A DNA stretch of 62,670 nucleotides, filler included, from Vannella sp. (taxonomy: Eukaryota): assembly GCA_023345925.1 (NCBI GenBank). It is 6 parts of 6 records of this genome, joined end to end, with 100 filler letters (N's around TTAATTAATTAA, not from the genome) between each part and the next. Parts side by side here need not be neighbours in the genome. Positions count along the whole stretch, not along the records: positions 16,864 to 24,535 come from JAJQQN010000810.1; positions 24,636 to 31,357 come from JAJQQN010000525.1; positions 31,458 to 37,256 come from JAJQQN010001345.1; 3 more parts are not named here. One strand, written 5' to 3'. Shown piece after piece: positions 24,237-35,200 of this stretch. Numbering within the stretch: the stretch's first letter is position 1; each line of letters begins with the position of its first letter. Below the pieces are notes generated by a model that was not told the DNA's origin, did not search any database, and saw only the letters and a list, made by a program, of their open reading frames with translations. The translations under genes were made by a program, and so were the position numbers.

Positions 24237-24535
24237 ATATCCATTTCGGCTCTTTTTGACTCGAATTATTGCAATCAGCCGATATTCCTCAAAGCATGCG
24301 CAATTGGTACCACATTCGTACCCATGACCCTTCAGTCGGAGGAAACCAAGCATTGGGAGAGACTAAGGAAACTGATGAGTGATGCATTGATGAAGGGAAA
24401 GAGCAGAAAGGCGAGAATACGTTGAGGTCTGAGACTAGATGAATGAAGCAGGAAAGAAGGAAAGAGACATCCAAACAAAGGAGAGTCGGATCAGTCTCGC
24501 TCCCAAATGGTGAACCACTCCTGCGACAAGGATCG

Positions 24536-24635
24536 NNNNNNNNNNNNNNNNNNNNNNNNNNNNNNNNNNNNNNNNNNNNTTAATTAATTAANNNNNNNNN
24601 NNNNNNNNNNNNNNNNNNNNNNNNNNNNNNNNNNN
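24536..24635. other. Artificial contig linker
   Basis: Ns flanking TTAATTAATTAA. Confidence 0.97.
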
Positions 24636-24777
24636 CAGAACTATCCCACCAAGGCCCGGACTACTGTAGGCTACAGAATTCTCCCTCGCCTTTGTTTTAA
24701 TGCCTGAATTATAAATAATGAAGCACATGCAAAGAGGACTTGACCGCCCATTCTTCGGTTGACTGCTTTGCAAACCC

Positions 24778-27097
24778 ATGGCGAAAGAAGGAGTGAAAGT
24801 GGTTACTGGAGCGACAGGATCCCGCACCTACTCGCAAGCAGAGAAGCGGTCGTACTGCGACTTTATCAACAGAGAGCTGGCGGAAGACCAAGATCTGGCT
24901 GCTCTCCTCCCCATGGACCCGCAGACGGACGACCTTTTTAACGTCATTTCAAAGGGGATTCTTCTTTGGTAAGCCCCCTTCCTCAAAGACCAAGGTAGAG
25001 AGTGCCTCCTCACCCCCTTTCTTCCACAAAGCAAACTCATCAACAACACCTTCGAGAACGCGGTGGCCATCAACAAGCTCAACAAGAACCCGAAGAACAC
25101 TTACCAAGTGAACGAGAACCATGACTTGTGCATCGCAGCTGCCATTCAAATCGGCTGTTCGGTGGTGAACATCGGAGGAAAGGATTTGGAAGCGGGCGTG
25201 CCTCACCTCACTTTGGGTCTTCTTTGGCAAATCATCAAAGTGCGTGCTCCTCTTCCAAAGCTCTACAAACTCACAAAGGGACCTTCTTCAGCGGAGTTTG
25301 ATGTACAAGATTGAGAACATGGACATGGCTCGCTTCCTTGCTGCTGAAGAGTCTTTAGCTGACGTTGCTCCAGAACAGATTATCCTCCGATGGTTTAACG
25401 TGCATTTGAGGAACGCTACTCACCCTAAGACGGTCACCAACTTTTCGAGCGACATCCAAGACGGGCTTGCATATGCCGTCCTCATGGCCTCGATTGCTCC
25501 GGACAAGATCTCCAGCGAAGACCTCGAGAAGGCCTTCTCTGAGGGCAACTTGCTCAACCGAGCAGAGATCATCCTAGAGTGGGCTGACCGTTTGGACTGC
25601 CGTCAGTTTGTGACTCCGCAAGACATCGTTGATGGCAACCCCAACCTCAACCTTGCGTTTACTGCGTGTCTGTTCCAAAAGTACCCCGACATTGGGCCTT
25701 CAACGGAGATGCGCGTGAAAGAGCTGGAAGGGAGATTGAAGGACATCGACGGGCAACTCGGAGACTCTCTTCGCGAGAAGGAGAAGCTCGAAGATCAGTT
25801 CAACCGTACTCGAATGGACTTTGACGCACTCTCCTCAGAGTTTAACGACATCAAACTCAAGTTTGACCTCTCTCTCGAGGAGAAGGAGGCTTTAACGCGG
25901 GATAAGGCCTCTTTGGAGGACCTCCTGGAGGAAGGCAGCCGTAGGAAGACCTCTCTTACTGACGACTTGAATGGCAAGAAGGCCAGGCGCGACGAGCTGA
26001 GTGGAGATCTCTTCAAGGAGAAACAAGCCAAGGAGGAACTAGAAGAGAGTCTGAGTACTCTAATGACTGATAAGGCCACTTTTGAAGAAGAAAGTGCTGC
26101 GCAAGTTAGCCAACTAAACGAGGAGTTGGCCAGCACCACCACCGAGAAAGAAGTGATTTCCAATCGCCTTTCTGAAACCATCGCTGACCTTCAACGTACC
26201 AAAGACGAATCAGTTGCGCGCGTTGCTGAGCTCAACTCTAAGATTGAGGCTGAGATCACTAAGAAGGAGGAACTGGATGCGGAGCTTGCTGATGTTCGCA
26301 ACCAATTAGAGGAGGCCCACCAAAGGGTCGCAGAAGCTGATCAGACGAAGGACGACCTTTTCAAGCTCCTTACGGATACTATCACTGAGCTTGAAACAAC
26401 CAAACAAAACTCCCAAGCCTTGGACGAGGAGCTGCAAGCAGAGATTGACGCTGAGATCTCGGAGAGAGAAGGTTTTGCCACCCAACTCGAAGAGAAGGAG
26501 AAGGAGTTTTCCCTTGCAATGGAAGACTGGTCCGCTGAAAGAGAGCGCCTTCTCAAGCGCATCAAGGAGCTTGAAGATGAACTGGAAGCTACTAAAGCTG
26601 AAATGAGGAGAAAGCTTGACGAGGCAGAGAAGGCTAAGGAAGAAGCTCTCGCTCTATCGGCCTCTGAGATGCGCAGGCTCCTCACTGATGCAGAGAATGA
26701 GAAAAATCAGGCTCTCGACAAGGTCCGAATGTTGCTGACAGGTACTCAAAAACAAGGCTACCTCTGGCGTCAGGAGGACACTTTGCTTGGACTCCAATGG
26801 AAGAAGAAGTTCTTCGTACTTCGCGACAATTTGCTCTCTTGGTATTCCAACGAAAAGAGAATCAGTGATCAGAAGCCAAAAGGAATCATCCAATGCGAAG
26901 TCTCTCGACTCTACGATATGGATCCTGCTGAGGCAAAACGAGACTTTTGCTTCCAAATTGATACCGGAAACGCTCGCCACAACATTGCAGCCGACTCATT
27001 GGAAGAGATGAAAGAGTGGATGACGGAGATCCGAGTCTCCAAAAAGAAAAAGTTGGGAGTCAAGGTTGTTGGAGACGTCAAGGCACCCAGCGGATAA
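24778..27097 (+). CDS. Fimbrin-type tandem CH actin-binding domain + long coiled coil + C-terminal PH domain
   Basis: Fimbrin ABD1 motifs TYSQAEKRSYCDFIN, GILLCKLIN, IGCSVVNIG..DL..G.PHL.LGLLWQIIK, PEQIILRWFNVHL and GNPNLNLAFTA; heptad-rich middle; PH motif KQGYLWRQ...WKKKFFVL...EMKEW. Confidence 0.9.
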
Positions 27098-27208
27098 TCT
27101 TCGACTTGATCACCAAATCATAAACCTTTTTGGTTACTTGTGAACAATAGGGCCCTGGGCACACGGAATTGAGAACATCAAGAACAGATAATTCGACAAA
27201 AAGGTTTA

Positions 27209-29060
27209 TTACTCAATTGCTGATGGAATTTGCACAGCATCGTCCTTTCCTTCGCAAGAGCTGCTTTCAGCAGCAAGGAATTCGATAAACACTTGACCAG
27301 ACAATATACCACAGTCTCCATACCCTGACGAAGTGAGGGGAACTTCAAAAGGTGTCGATTGCTTGGAAAGGGAAGAAAGCGAAATAGTACATTGCGCTAT
27401 CCTCTGTGCTCGATGTTTTTCCTGGACAATCTTGGAACGGTCACTAACGATGACACGCAAGCTTTGCCCCACTAAGAAGTCACGGTTGGTGACAATTGGA
27501 ATCAACTCCACCTTTGAGCCTTCCCAGTCAGGATTTCGAGTTTTTTCCTTTGCAGTAGTTTTCTCAGTGGTCTCGAGGAAGGGTGCTAAAAAGGAAACGA
27601 AAGGAGTCGGCATTCCATCATTATAAGCGAATCTCAGCTCTTTGATTGCGAGATTCGTGACAATAATGCGGAAACCGGGAATGCGTTTGGTGGGCAAGTT
27701 TGGCATTAACGTGTCCATTTGGAATGTGGCAAAGACAGGATGATGGTCGCTCGTTGTAATTTCATCACAGCAACCATAGGACTCATGAGTTAGCCCACTG
27801 ACTGGCAGACTCTTCCACAAGATACGATCACACCAAGCAGGAATCCGAACTGGCTTCTCATCTGCATAATCGGTCTCTGATCCAATGGCATACTTGTAAG
27901 TGGGCTTGAAAACAATTGTCTCTTCTTGGAATCCCATAAAGGCTTTCCTATTCTCTATCTCGCGTTTGAGTTGGTCACGCCTGAGGAGAGCATTCCAATT
28001 CTTCTCCGCTACCAAGTCGAGGACCTCCTCACGAGAAAGGTCAATTCTATAGTTCAAATCGCCAATCCAAAAGAGGTGATCCACTTGATTGGAGAGATCT
28101 AAAGAGCTGTGCTCAATTTGCCTTATGGTAGGACTGATTCCCCTGAGTATGGCCCGGAAGTGCTCGTTGCGATCTTCTACTTTGTGTTGGTGAGCTGCCA
28201 GATGACTGCAAAGGAAAGCCATTGTTGTTTCATGGAAGCGGAATGACGCTCCTACTGCTCCTTTGTTTGCCATTACACCAGCAACTCCACAAGCCAAAGT
28301 GCCTGTTTTGACATTGGAAATAGCTTGATAATGATCTCGCTTCACTAAAATAAACATGCGAATCTCCCACAAGCTGAGGCCTACGAGCTTTACGTATTGC
28401 TTTCCAAGGTAGGAAGAGAACCAAGTGAGCAGGTGACTTTCCACCGTAGTATTGTTGTCCTTTGCATCAGGATAATCGCTCTCTTGTAATCCAATAACGT
28501 ACAAATCGTAATCCATCTTCTTTTGCAACCAGCAGTCCAAACTTCCAGGTGGAGGGGCGGCATTGCCCATGTTCCAGGTTCCAACAAAAATTTTCAAGGT
28601 TTGGATGGGTCTCTGGAAAGGATGATATTGAAGGCCATGTTGACTAACCCAAACGGCTTCGTAGAATCGCTCGCGTTGCTCCACACTAGAGAAAACAAAC
28701 TTTTGCACTTTCTTGCCAAAGCGCCAAAGGAGTTTGATCTTCCTCGGGTATTTAAGAGACCGAGTGCATTGGAGGAGGTTTTTGGTGTTCAGCTCTTTGC
28801 TCACTTTGTTGCGCTTATAAATCGTAAGCTTGTCTTGGAAGATCACAAATCGGCGCTTGGTTAGTTGGTAAGTTGTACTGTTTCGCTTTTGTACCGTAAA
28901 TTCGAACACTTCACTGCTGAAGACAAGCTCTGGTCCACCTTTGACTTTCGCAGGCGCTTGTCTCTCCGAATGACTATCTTCACTCATACCATTTCCAAGA
29001 CTCTCCACCCGCAATTGGCGATTATCAGCATCTTTTAGCAAAAGATCATCGTCGTCATCG

Positions 29061-29092
<32 letters not shown>

Positions 29093-31163
29093 TACTTCTT
29101 CAGAGTCCATTTCTATGCATTCGAGGGGTATAGGAATGGGGTCAGAAGTTGGATTGGATGCCTGGTTGGGTGAGGTCTCGATGGAGACCTCCTCACAAGA
29201 ATGTGAGCTATCTTCTCTTTTGGGAGGGAGAGGAGGTAGAGGGTTGGTGGGCTTCATATGGGTAGAGCTTGGTCGAGGGGGAGGAGGCAATGGAGTGCTA
29301 GGGCGAACACGATGAACAATGACTTCTGGAGACAAAGACGAATTTGTCACGATTGTTGGAATTAATTGGTTCCACTCATCTATCGCGCTCTGAGGAGAGC
29401 CCAAACTATCATTCAGGGAAACATCTGCAGTGCCTGAACCTTCTTCTGGGAGTTTTCGAGAAGAAGCAAATTCTTCCTCCGAGTCCTCTGTTGTATCTTG
29501 GTAGGAAATGGTAACTTCTTTGAGTTTACTCCGCCTACCTCCAGCTGCAATTGTAAAGCGTTCCAGAGCTGTAACAAGAGAGTAGCTAGCTTCCATTGTC
29601 TTGGCCATCTCCAAAGCTGATCCTCCGGGACCAGACTTGGCCGGATCGCAGTCATATTGGAGGAGCATTTCAAGAATGGGCAAATGATTTCCTCTGACGG
29701 CCAAGTGAAGGGGAGTGAAGCCATCCTTGTTTGGGTAATCAAGCGCGTTACTTTTCAGGCTCTTCAGCAACAGGTCGACGCACTCTTCATGCCCTTTGGA
29801 GCATGCAAGATGAAGAGAAGAGTCACCGCTATTCGTGATGGAGTTTGCGATAGCCCCGCGTTCGATAAGTTCCAAGGCGATCTCGTGATGACCTTTGTGA
29901 CAAGCAACATGGAGAGGAGTCCACCCTTGCCGGTCAGCAAGATTGAGATATTCTGGATTGCTTTCGACCAGCGTGCGGACCATCTCGATGGCACCTTCGC
30001 CAGTTGCCACATGAAGAACGGGACTCTTTGCAAGAGAGACATCTTCATCCTTTTTCGGTGCTTTCTTCTTTCTGATGATCTGTTCAAAGCGCTGCTCTGT
30101 ACCCAACTCGGCAATCTTCTCTTCCAACAGAGCCTGGAGATCCTCGACCTCTGCTCGAGATTGGGCAATGGACTCTTCTGTGTCGTTCACCCAAGCTAGC
30201 TCTTGTGAAGCAAACAGCAAGCCCTCTGTGTGGGTTCGATGGGCGAGCTTGACAGAATGGCAAATGCTCTCCTTCCAGCCGCTCGCCAGACTTATTGTGG
30301 CGTTCTGTTGCTGCTGCAACATCACTTGGCCAAGGTTCTTGAGGCGATTGATGATTAACTCTCGAGTTTGCTCAGCCTCTCGCAGCTTCTCCATGGCCAC
30401 AGCACTGACAGCTTTCTCTTTGGTGGTGGCCTGGATCTTGCTCTCGATCTCCTCGTAGCGATCCATCAGCCGATAGTACTCCCTGCGCAGTGATTTGGGG
30501 TCTCCCTCCTTCCCTTGTGAAGTCTCCTTGCCGTTATCACGCAAAGCTTCCTTCTGTGGCAGGTCGTCCTCCGGGCCTTTCGATTTTTGCACGGAAAGTT
30601 GGAAGGACGAGTAGTACTGCAGGTTTACGTCGGTCTGAAAGTTCATTAGAGCTGCGAGATGAGTTATGGCATCATCTGCAAGTCCTGTGAGTCGATAGAC
30701 AGCAAGGGAGGGCGAGTAGGAACATACACAAGTCAGGACTGCGCTCCTTTTGGATGGAGGAGAGCTCTGTCATCTCCCTTGTGATTGTACGCCTCTCTTC
30801 CAGTAGAGTTATGAACTTTGAGTTGCTCTTGCTCATGCGCGAGTACAGCTCGTTGAGGAATGCCTCCGTTTGCTTGTACGAAGCCAGTTCACTCTCATAG
30901 TCCGCCAGAACCACGGAGCTTTGCTCCTTCATTGATTCGGAGCCGGATACATCACCAAAAGCGGGAGCCAGCTTCTTCCCGACCTTTCGTTCGATGCGCT
31001 TCTTGAGGTCGCGCTCCTTCTTCGCTTCGCGCTCTTCTGCTTTCATCTTGAGGCGTTCCTCTTTCACTTTCGCCTTTTCCTGATTCCGCGCTTCCTTTTC
31101 CTCCTTCTTTACCTCTCTCCTGGCCCTCTTGGGAGTGCCAAAAGAGCTCTCCCCATCCGACAT
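27209..31163 (-). CDS. Inositol polyphosphate 5-phosphatase with N-terminal coiled coil and ankyrin repeats, PH-like region and C-terminal C2-like domain
   Basis: Ankyrin repeats GWTPLHVAC and GFTPLHLAV; 5-phosphatase motifs IFVGTWNMG, NKGAVG, HLAAH, WIGDLNYRI, PTYKY, PAWCDRILW and SDHHPV. The 30672-31163 ORF is the probable first exon. Confidence 0.92.
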
Positions 31164-31323
31164 TGGTCGGACAAATAAATGCGAACAAAATCTCTTTTGT
31201 TCCCCTCAATTCACCATTCTATCGACTGGACCAATCGGACACTGCTTTGGACCTGACACCCAAAGAGAGAGAGAGAAGTCACGAGCGGCGAAGGCATTTC
31301 CCCTTGTTTGGGTCCTCAAGCAT

Positions 31324-31357
31324 CCAAAAAGTGAAAAATGGAATCAGTCCAAAAGCT
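31324..31357. repeat. Dispersed repeat, copy 2 (truncated by contig end)
   Basis: Matches 3199-3233; the contig terminates within it. Confidence 0.8.
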
Positions 31358-31457
31358 NNNNNNNNNNNNNNNNNNNNNNNNNNNNNNNNNNNNNNNNNNN
31401 NTTAATTAATTAANNNNNNNNNNNNNNNNNNNNNNNNNNNNNNNNNNNNNNNNNNNN
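31358..31457. other. Artificial contig linker
   Basis: Ns flanking TTAATTAATTAA. Confidence 0.97.
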
Positions 31458-33026
31458 TACTACACAGACGGAGAAGATACCTCGATTCTTGGTGGAGCAG
31501 AGGTCAACTCACTCGCTTCTGAGCGACAGATGAACGTCAATCCGAACAAGAGGTCCGTGGCTATGCTAGAGGTACTGCGGATGAAGCCCTCCGCTCTTAA
31601 TCCCTCAGGAGCCTTCAGCTACAGCCCCCGTCACACTCTTCTGATGCGAATGGTCCAGTTCGCTCTCTGCTGGTCCGCAATAAGCAACACGCATGCCCTT
31701 TGGCACACAAAGTCGGGTTCTATGAGCCATCGCTTCCAGTTCCTGCACGGGATTAAGACCCTTTGCGCTCTTTGGGCCATCATGGGGAACACCATCTTCT
31801 ACGTGACCGTGGTGGGATGGGTGAACATTGAGAGAGTGTCCGAAACAGAGACCAAATTCTTCTACCAACTCTACGCTAACTCAGGGGTCTACACGGCGGA
31901 TGTCTTTTGGATGACAAGTGCTCTGTTAATGACTTACTTCACATTGACTTGGATGCGGACACGGCCCGTTCGCAGTGAGAGCCCGGACCTCACAAGAGAG
32001 TATTTCCAGTTCTTTAATGTTCCCTTGTACTTTCTCCGTCGATTGATTCGGCTGTGGCCAAGTCTAGCGATTGCTATCTTCTTCTATTGGCAAGCTTCCT
32101 GGTTGTTCAGCACGGGCCCCTTTTGGCCCTGGTATCAAGACTTTGTCACAAACCAATGTGACGACAGCTGGTGGTCGCCCTTGTTCTTCTTGAGTTCTCT
32201 GTATCCTTCTTTCTCTTTTGAATTATCGGATCCGCTGGACGGATGCTTCAGTTGGGCATGGTGGGTTTCTGTGGAAGTCCTCTGCTTCCTCTTGACTCCC
32301 ATTCTCATCTTCTCCTTCTACCGGAACAGAAAAGCGGGACTCATCATCACCTCTGTGTTGATTCTGGGATCTGTTTTAATTGGCTTCGCCATCTGCTTCG
32401 GATTCAACCTTTCTGTGGGACTGGGGAAACAATCCGCCACCGAACACGGCGATTATTTTAACTTGTACTACAGCAAACCCTACAACCGGGCTCACTCCTA
32501 CTTTTTAGGAGTTCTTTTGGCTTTCCTCCTCCAAATGGCCCCTCTTCGAAGAGTGGGCGTGAGCATGAGATTATTGGCGTATGCGATTGTGTGGCCAATT
32601 CTGTGGACACTTTTCTTCATCACTTACGATCTGGTCCAGCGGGAGAATGGTTGGAGTGACATGGTGAATGTCCTCTTTGCTAGTTTCCATCATCCTGTGT
32701 TCTCTGTTTGCTTCGCTGTGAGCCTCTACTTGATGTGTTTGGGGTACGAAGGCCCGTTCCACCTCCGCAGCTTCTTCTCTCATGCTGCTTGGATCCCCTT
32801 CTCCCGACTCTGCTACGGAGTCTATCTGTACATGCCGATGATCGCTATCATGGCCACTTTCTCCCGACAAGTGAGCGACGCCTTCACGGACGAGCTCGTC
32901 ATCGGAATGTTCTTCATTCACGTGTTCGTGTCTTATTTGGCCTCGTTTGTCTCATTTATTCTTGTGGAGAGGCCGCTCCTTCGTTCGTACGACTTTTTCG
33001 TGGATTTGGTGATCCCGCGCCATTAA
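31458..33026 (+). CDS. Acyltransferase-3 family membrane O-acyltransferase (NRF-6/drop-dead-like), probably 5'-truncated
   Basis: FLHGIKTL..LW.I.G, DVFW..S, RRLIRLWP, CFSWAWWVS.E, YSKPYNR..SYFLG, PFSRLCYGVYL and FILVERP; many transmembrane segments. Confidence 0.88.
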   Translation, partial: YYTDGEDTSILGGAEVNSLASERQMNVNPNKRSVAMLEVLRMKPSALNPSGAFSYSPRHTLLMRMVQFALCWSAISNTHALWHTKSGSMSHRFQFLHGIKTLCALWAIMGNTIFYVTVVGWVNIERVSETETKFFYQLYANSGVYTADVFWMTSALLMTYFTLTWMRTRPVRSESPDLTREYFQFFNVPLYFLRRLIRLWPSLAIAIFFYWQASWLFSTGPFWPWYQDFVTNQCDDSWWSPLFFLSSLYPSFSFELSDPLDGCFSWAWWVSVEVLCFLLTPILIFSFYRNRKAGLIITSVLILGSVLIGFAICFGFNLSVGLGKQSATEHGDYFNLYYSKPYNRAHSYFLGVLLAFLLQMAPLRRVGVSMRLLAYAIVWPILWTLFFITYDLVQRENGWSDMVNVLFASFHHPVFSVCFAVSLYLMCLGYEGPFHLRSFFSHAAWIPFSRLCYGVYLYMPMIAIMATFSRQVSDAFTDELVIGMFFIHVFVSYLASFVSFILVERPLLRSYDFFVDLVIPRH

Positions 33027-33060
33027 ATTGCCACTTTTTGGTCCCCTCGCCCGTCCGCCC

Positions 33061-35067
33061 ATGCAAGCTGTTTCTTCCTTCTTTAAGGCCACGTGGGTGA
33101 TCTTGAGGGTGAAGGAGTGAGCTGATAGAGGTGTAGGAAGGCAGCGGTGATGAACATCTCCGAGATTGAGCAGATTGTGCAGGATGCCACCAACAACGAC
33201 AAGTGGGGGCCGACTGGTCCTCAGATGAAAGACATTTCGGCTGCCTCTCATCGCTAGTGAGTAGAGTGAACGTAACGTGGGGGAATGTATCACTCACTGT
33301 CGTCCAGTACGGACTTCCCTATCATTATGAACAAGATTTGGGAGCGTTTGACTCAGCGCGACACTGCTGAGTGGCGATGTACCTACAAGAGCTTGTTACT
33401 GTTGGATTACATGCTACGTAACGGCTCCTCTCAAGTTATCACGGAGGCACGAGCGCACTTGAGCCTCATCAACTCCCTCCAAAACCACTACGCTGCCTTT
33501 GAGGGAGGAGAGGACAAGGGGCTCAGTGGTAAGCATACTTGTTCGGTCATTCACTCTACTGATTGAACTAACCGCTCACAGTACGCGAGCGGGCCAGAGC
33601 TATCAGCGACCTCTTGCAGGACGATGTTCGGTTAGTAGAAGAGCGCGAGCGTGCAGCAGCCAATAGGCAAAAGTTCCAAGCCTCCATGTCCTCCGAGAGT
33701 GGCGGCTATTCTGGCGGGCAAAGCAGCGCCTACAGCAACAGTGGTAGTGCCTACAACAGCAGCGCCTACAACAGCGGTAGCGCCAACAGCAGCAACGGAA
33801 GTGGATACGAAGGGTCTTACAAAGGACAAGGGCAAGGAGACTCTACCTATCCAGCCCGTGACAGCTTCGAATCTCCCGGTTACAAGGATTCCCGTCCGTC
33901 TCGTGGTGTGGCTTCCTCTTCAGGCTACGACAAGTGAGGGGATGGTCCTTTTTTCTTTCACCCCTAACATAATGGAAGGTTTGGAAACGATGACAATAGC
34001 AGAAGCGGCTTTCAGTCAGACGAAGATGAGGACGAGGCGAGCATTCCTGCTTCGGCGATGAACGCTGCCAAAACTGCTCGGCCTCGCGCTCCTTCAGGAG
34101 GAAGTGCAACTCTCCCACCAGCGCAGAGCCGCCAAGCGGCTCCCAGTGTGGATTTGCTCGGATTGGGTGATTTCTCCGCTCCAATCTCTTCTCCTCCAGC
34201 AGCACAATCTGGAGGCTTCTTTACAGCAGCCCCAACATCAAGTGGCAATGACGTCTCTTGGGGCGACTTTTCTGGTCCATCCCAGGTCCAGCAGGCCCCC
34301 GCTGGCACAGGATTCCAAGGATTCAACATGTTTGACACTCCAGCCGCTTCACAACAGCCACAATCTCAAGGACAAGGACCACAGGGACCACAAACCCTTA
34401 ATATGATGTCTGGCCAAGGCTCTCAGACTCGTCGAACGGTCGTTCCTGCCAAGCCTGTCTTGAGCGAAAGTGATGTAAGAAGGGGCCTTCTCCTTTTCCC
34501 ATTTTCTAATGCGCCTTCCAGTCAAAAGATCCCTGGAAGAAGGGTGCCAATCTCATTAGCCTCGATTCACTGTCTGCTGGTATCAAGGGCGGGTCCACAA
34601 CTTCAGGTTCTCTCCCTGGATCTTCTGGGCAGAAGATCACACTTAGCTCAGGTCAGCCAGCAGGACAACAATATGCTAATCTCCGCATGGGTCAACCAAA
34701 CCAACCAGGGATGGGGCAAATGCAAATGAATCCCTCAGGAATGGGACAAATGAACCCAGGCATGATGAACCCAGGCATGATGGGACAGATGAACCCGGGA
34801 ATGATGGGACAAATGCCGATGAATCCCTCAGGAATGATGGGACAGATGAACCCAGGCATGATGGGACAAATGAACCCAAGCAACATGGGCTATCCCATGC
34901 AACCCAATCCGATGGGAATGTACAATCAGGGCATGATGAATCCTGGAATGGCGCAAACTGGTCAGATGAACCCAGCCATGATGGGCTACAACCAGCCCAT
35001 GGGTCAAGCGCAAGCTCCCATGTACCCTCAAGGCCAAACAAGCAACAACAACGGCTTTTTCATGTGA
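33061..35067 (+). CDS. ENTH-domain clathrin adaptor, epsinR/CLINT1-like, multi-exon
   Basis: ENTH motifs VQDATNNDKWGPTG, IMNKIWERL...EWRCTYKSLLLLDYMLRNGS and DKGLSVRERA; downstream DLL, WGDF and DPW motifs; Met-rich C-terminus. Confidence 0.9.
34727..34990 (+). repeat. Coding tandem repeats (MNPGMMGQ-like units) in the epsin tail
   Basis: Repeated atgaacccaggcatgatgggaca-like units. Confidence 0.85.
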
Positions 35068-35200
35068 ACCCACTCCCCAATATCATTATTGTGCGATAAT
35101 CATATGCTCTCCAAACTCCAATTACTCTAAATCGAGCCTTTGTTGAAGATTATCTTTTTTTTTTCATTCTTCTTTGCTTCTTTGACTGGCAGAAGCGAGG

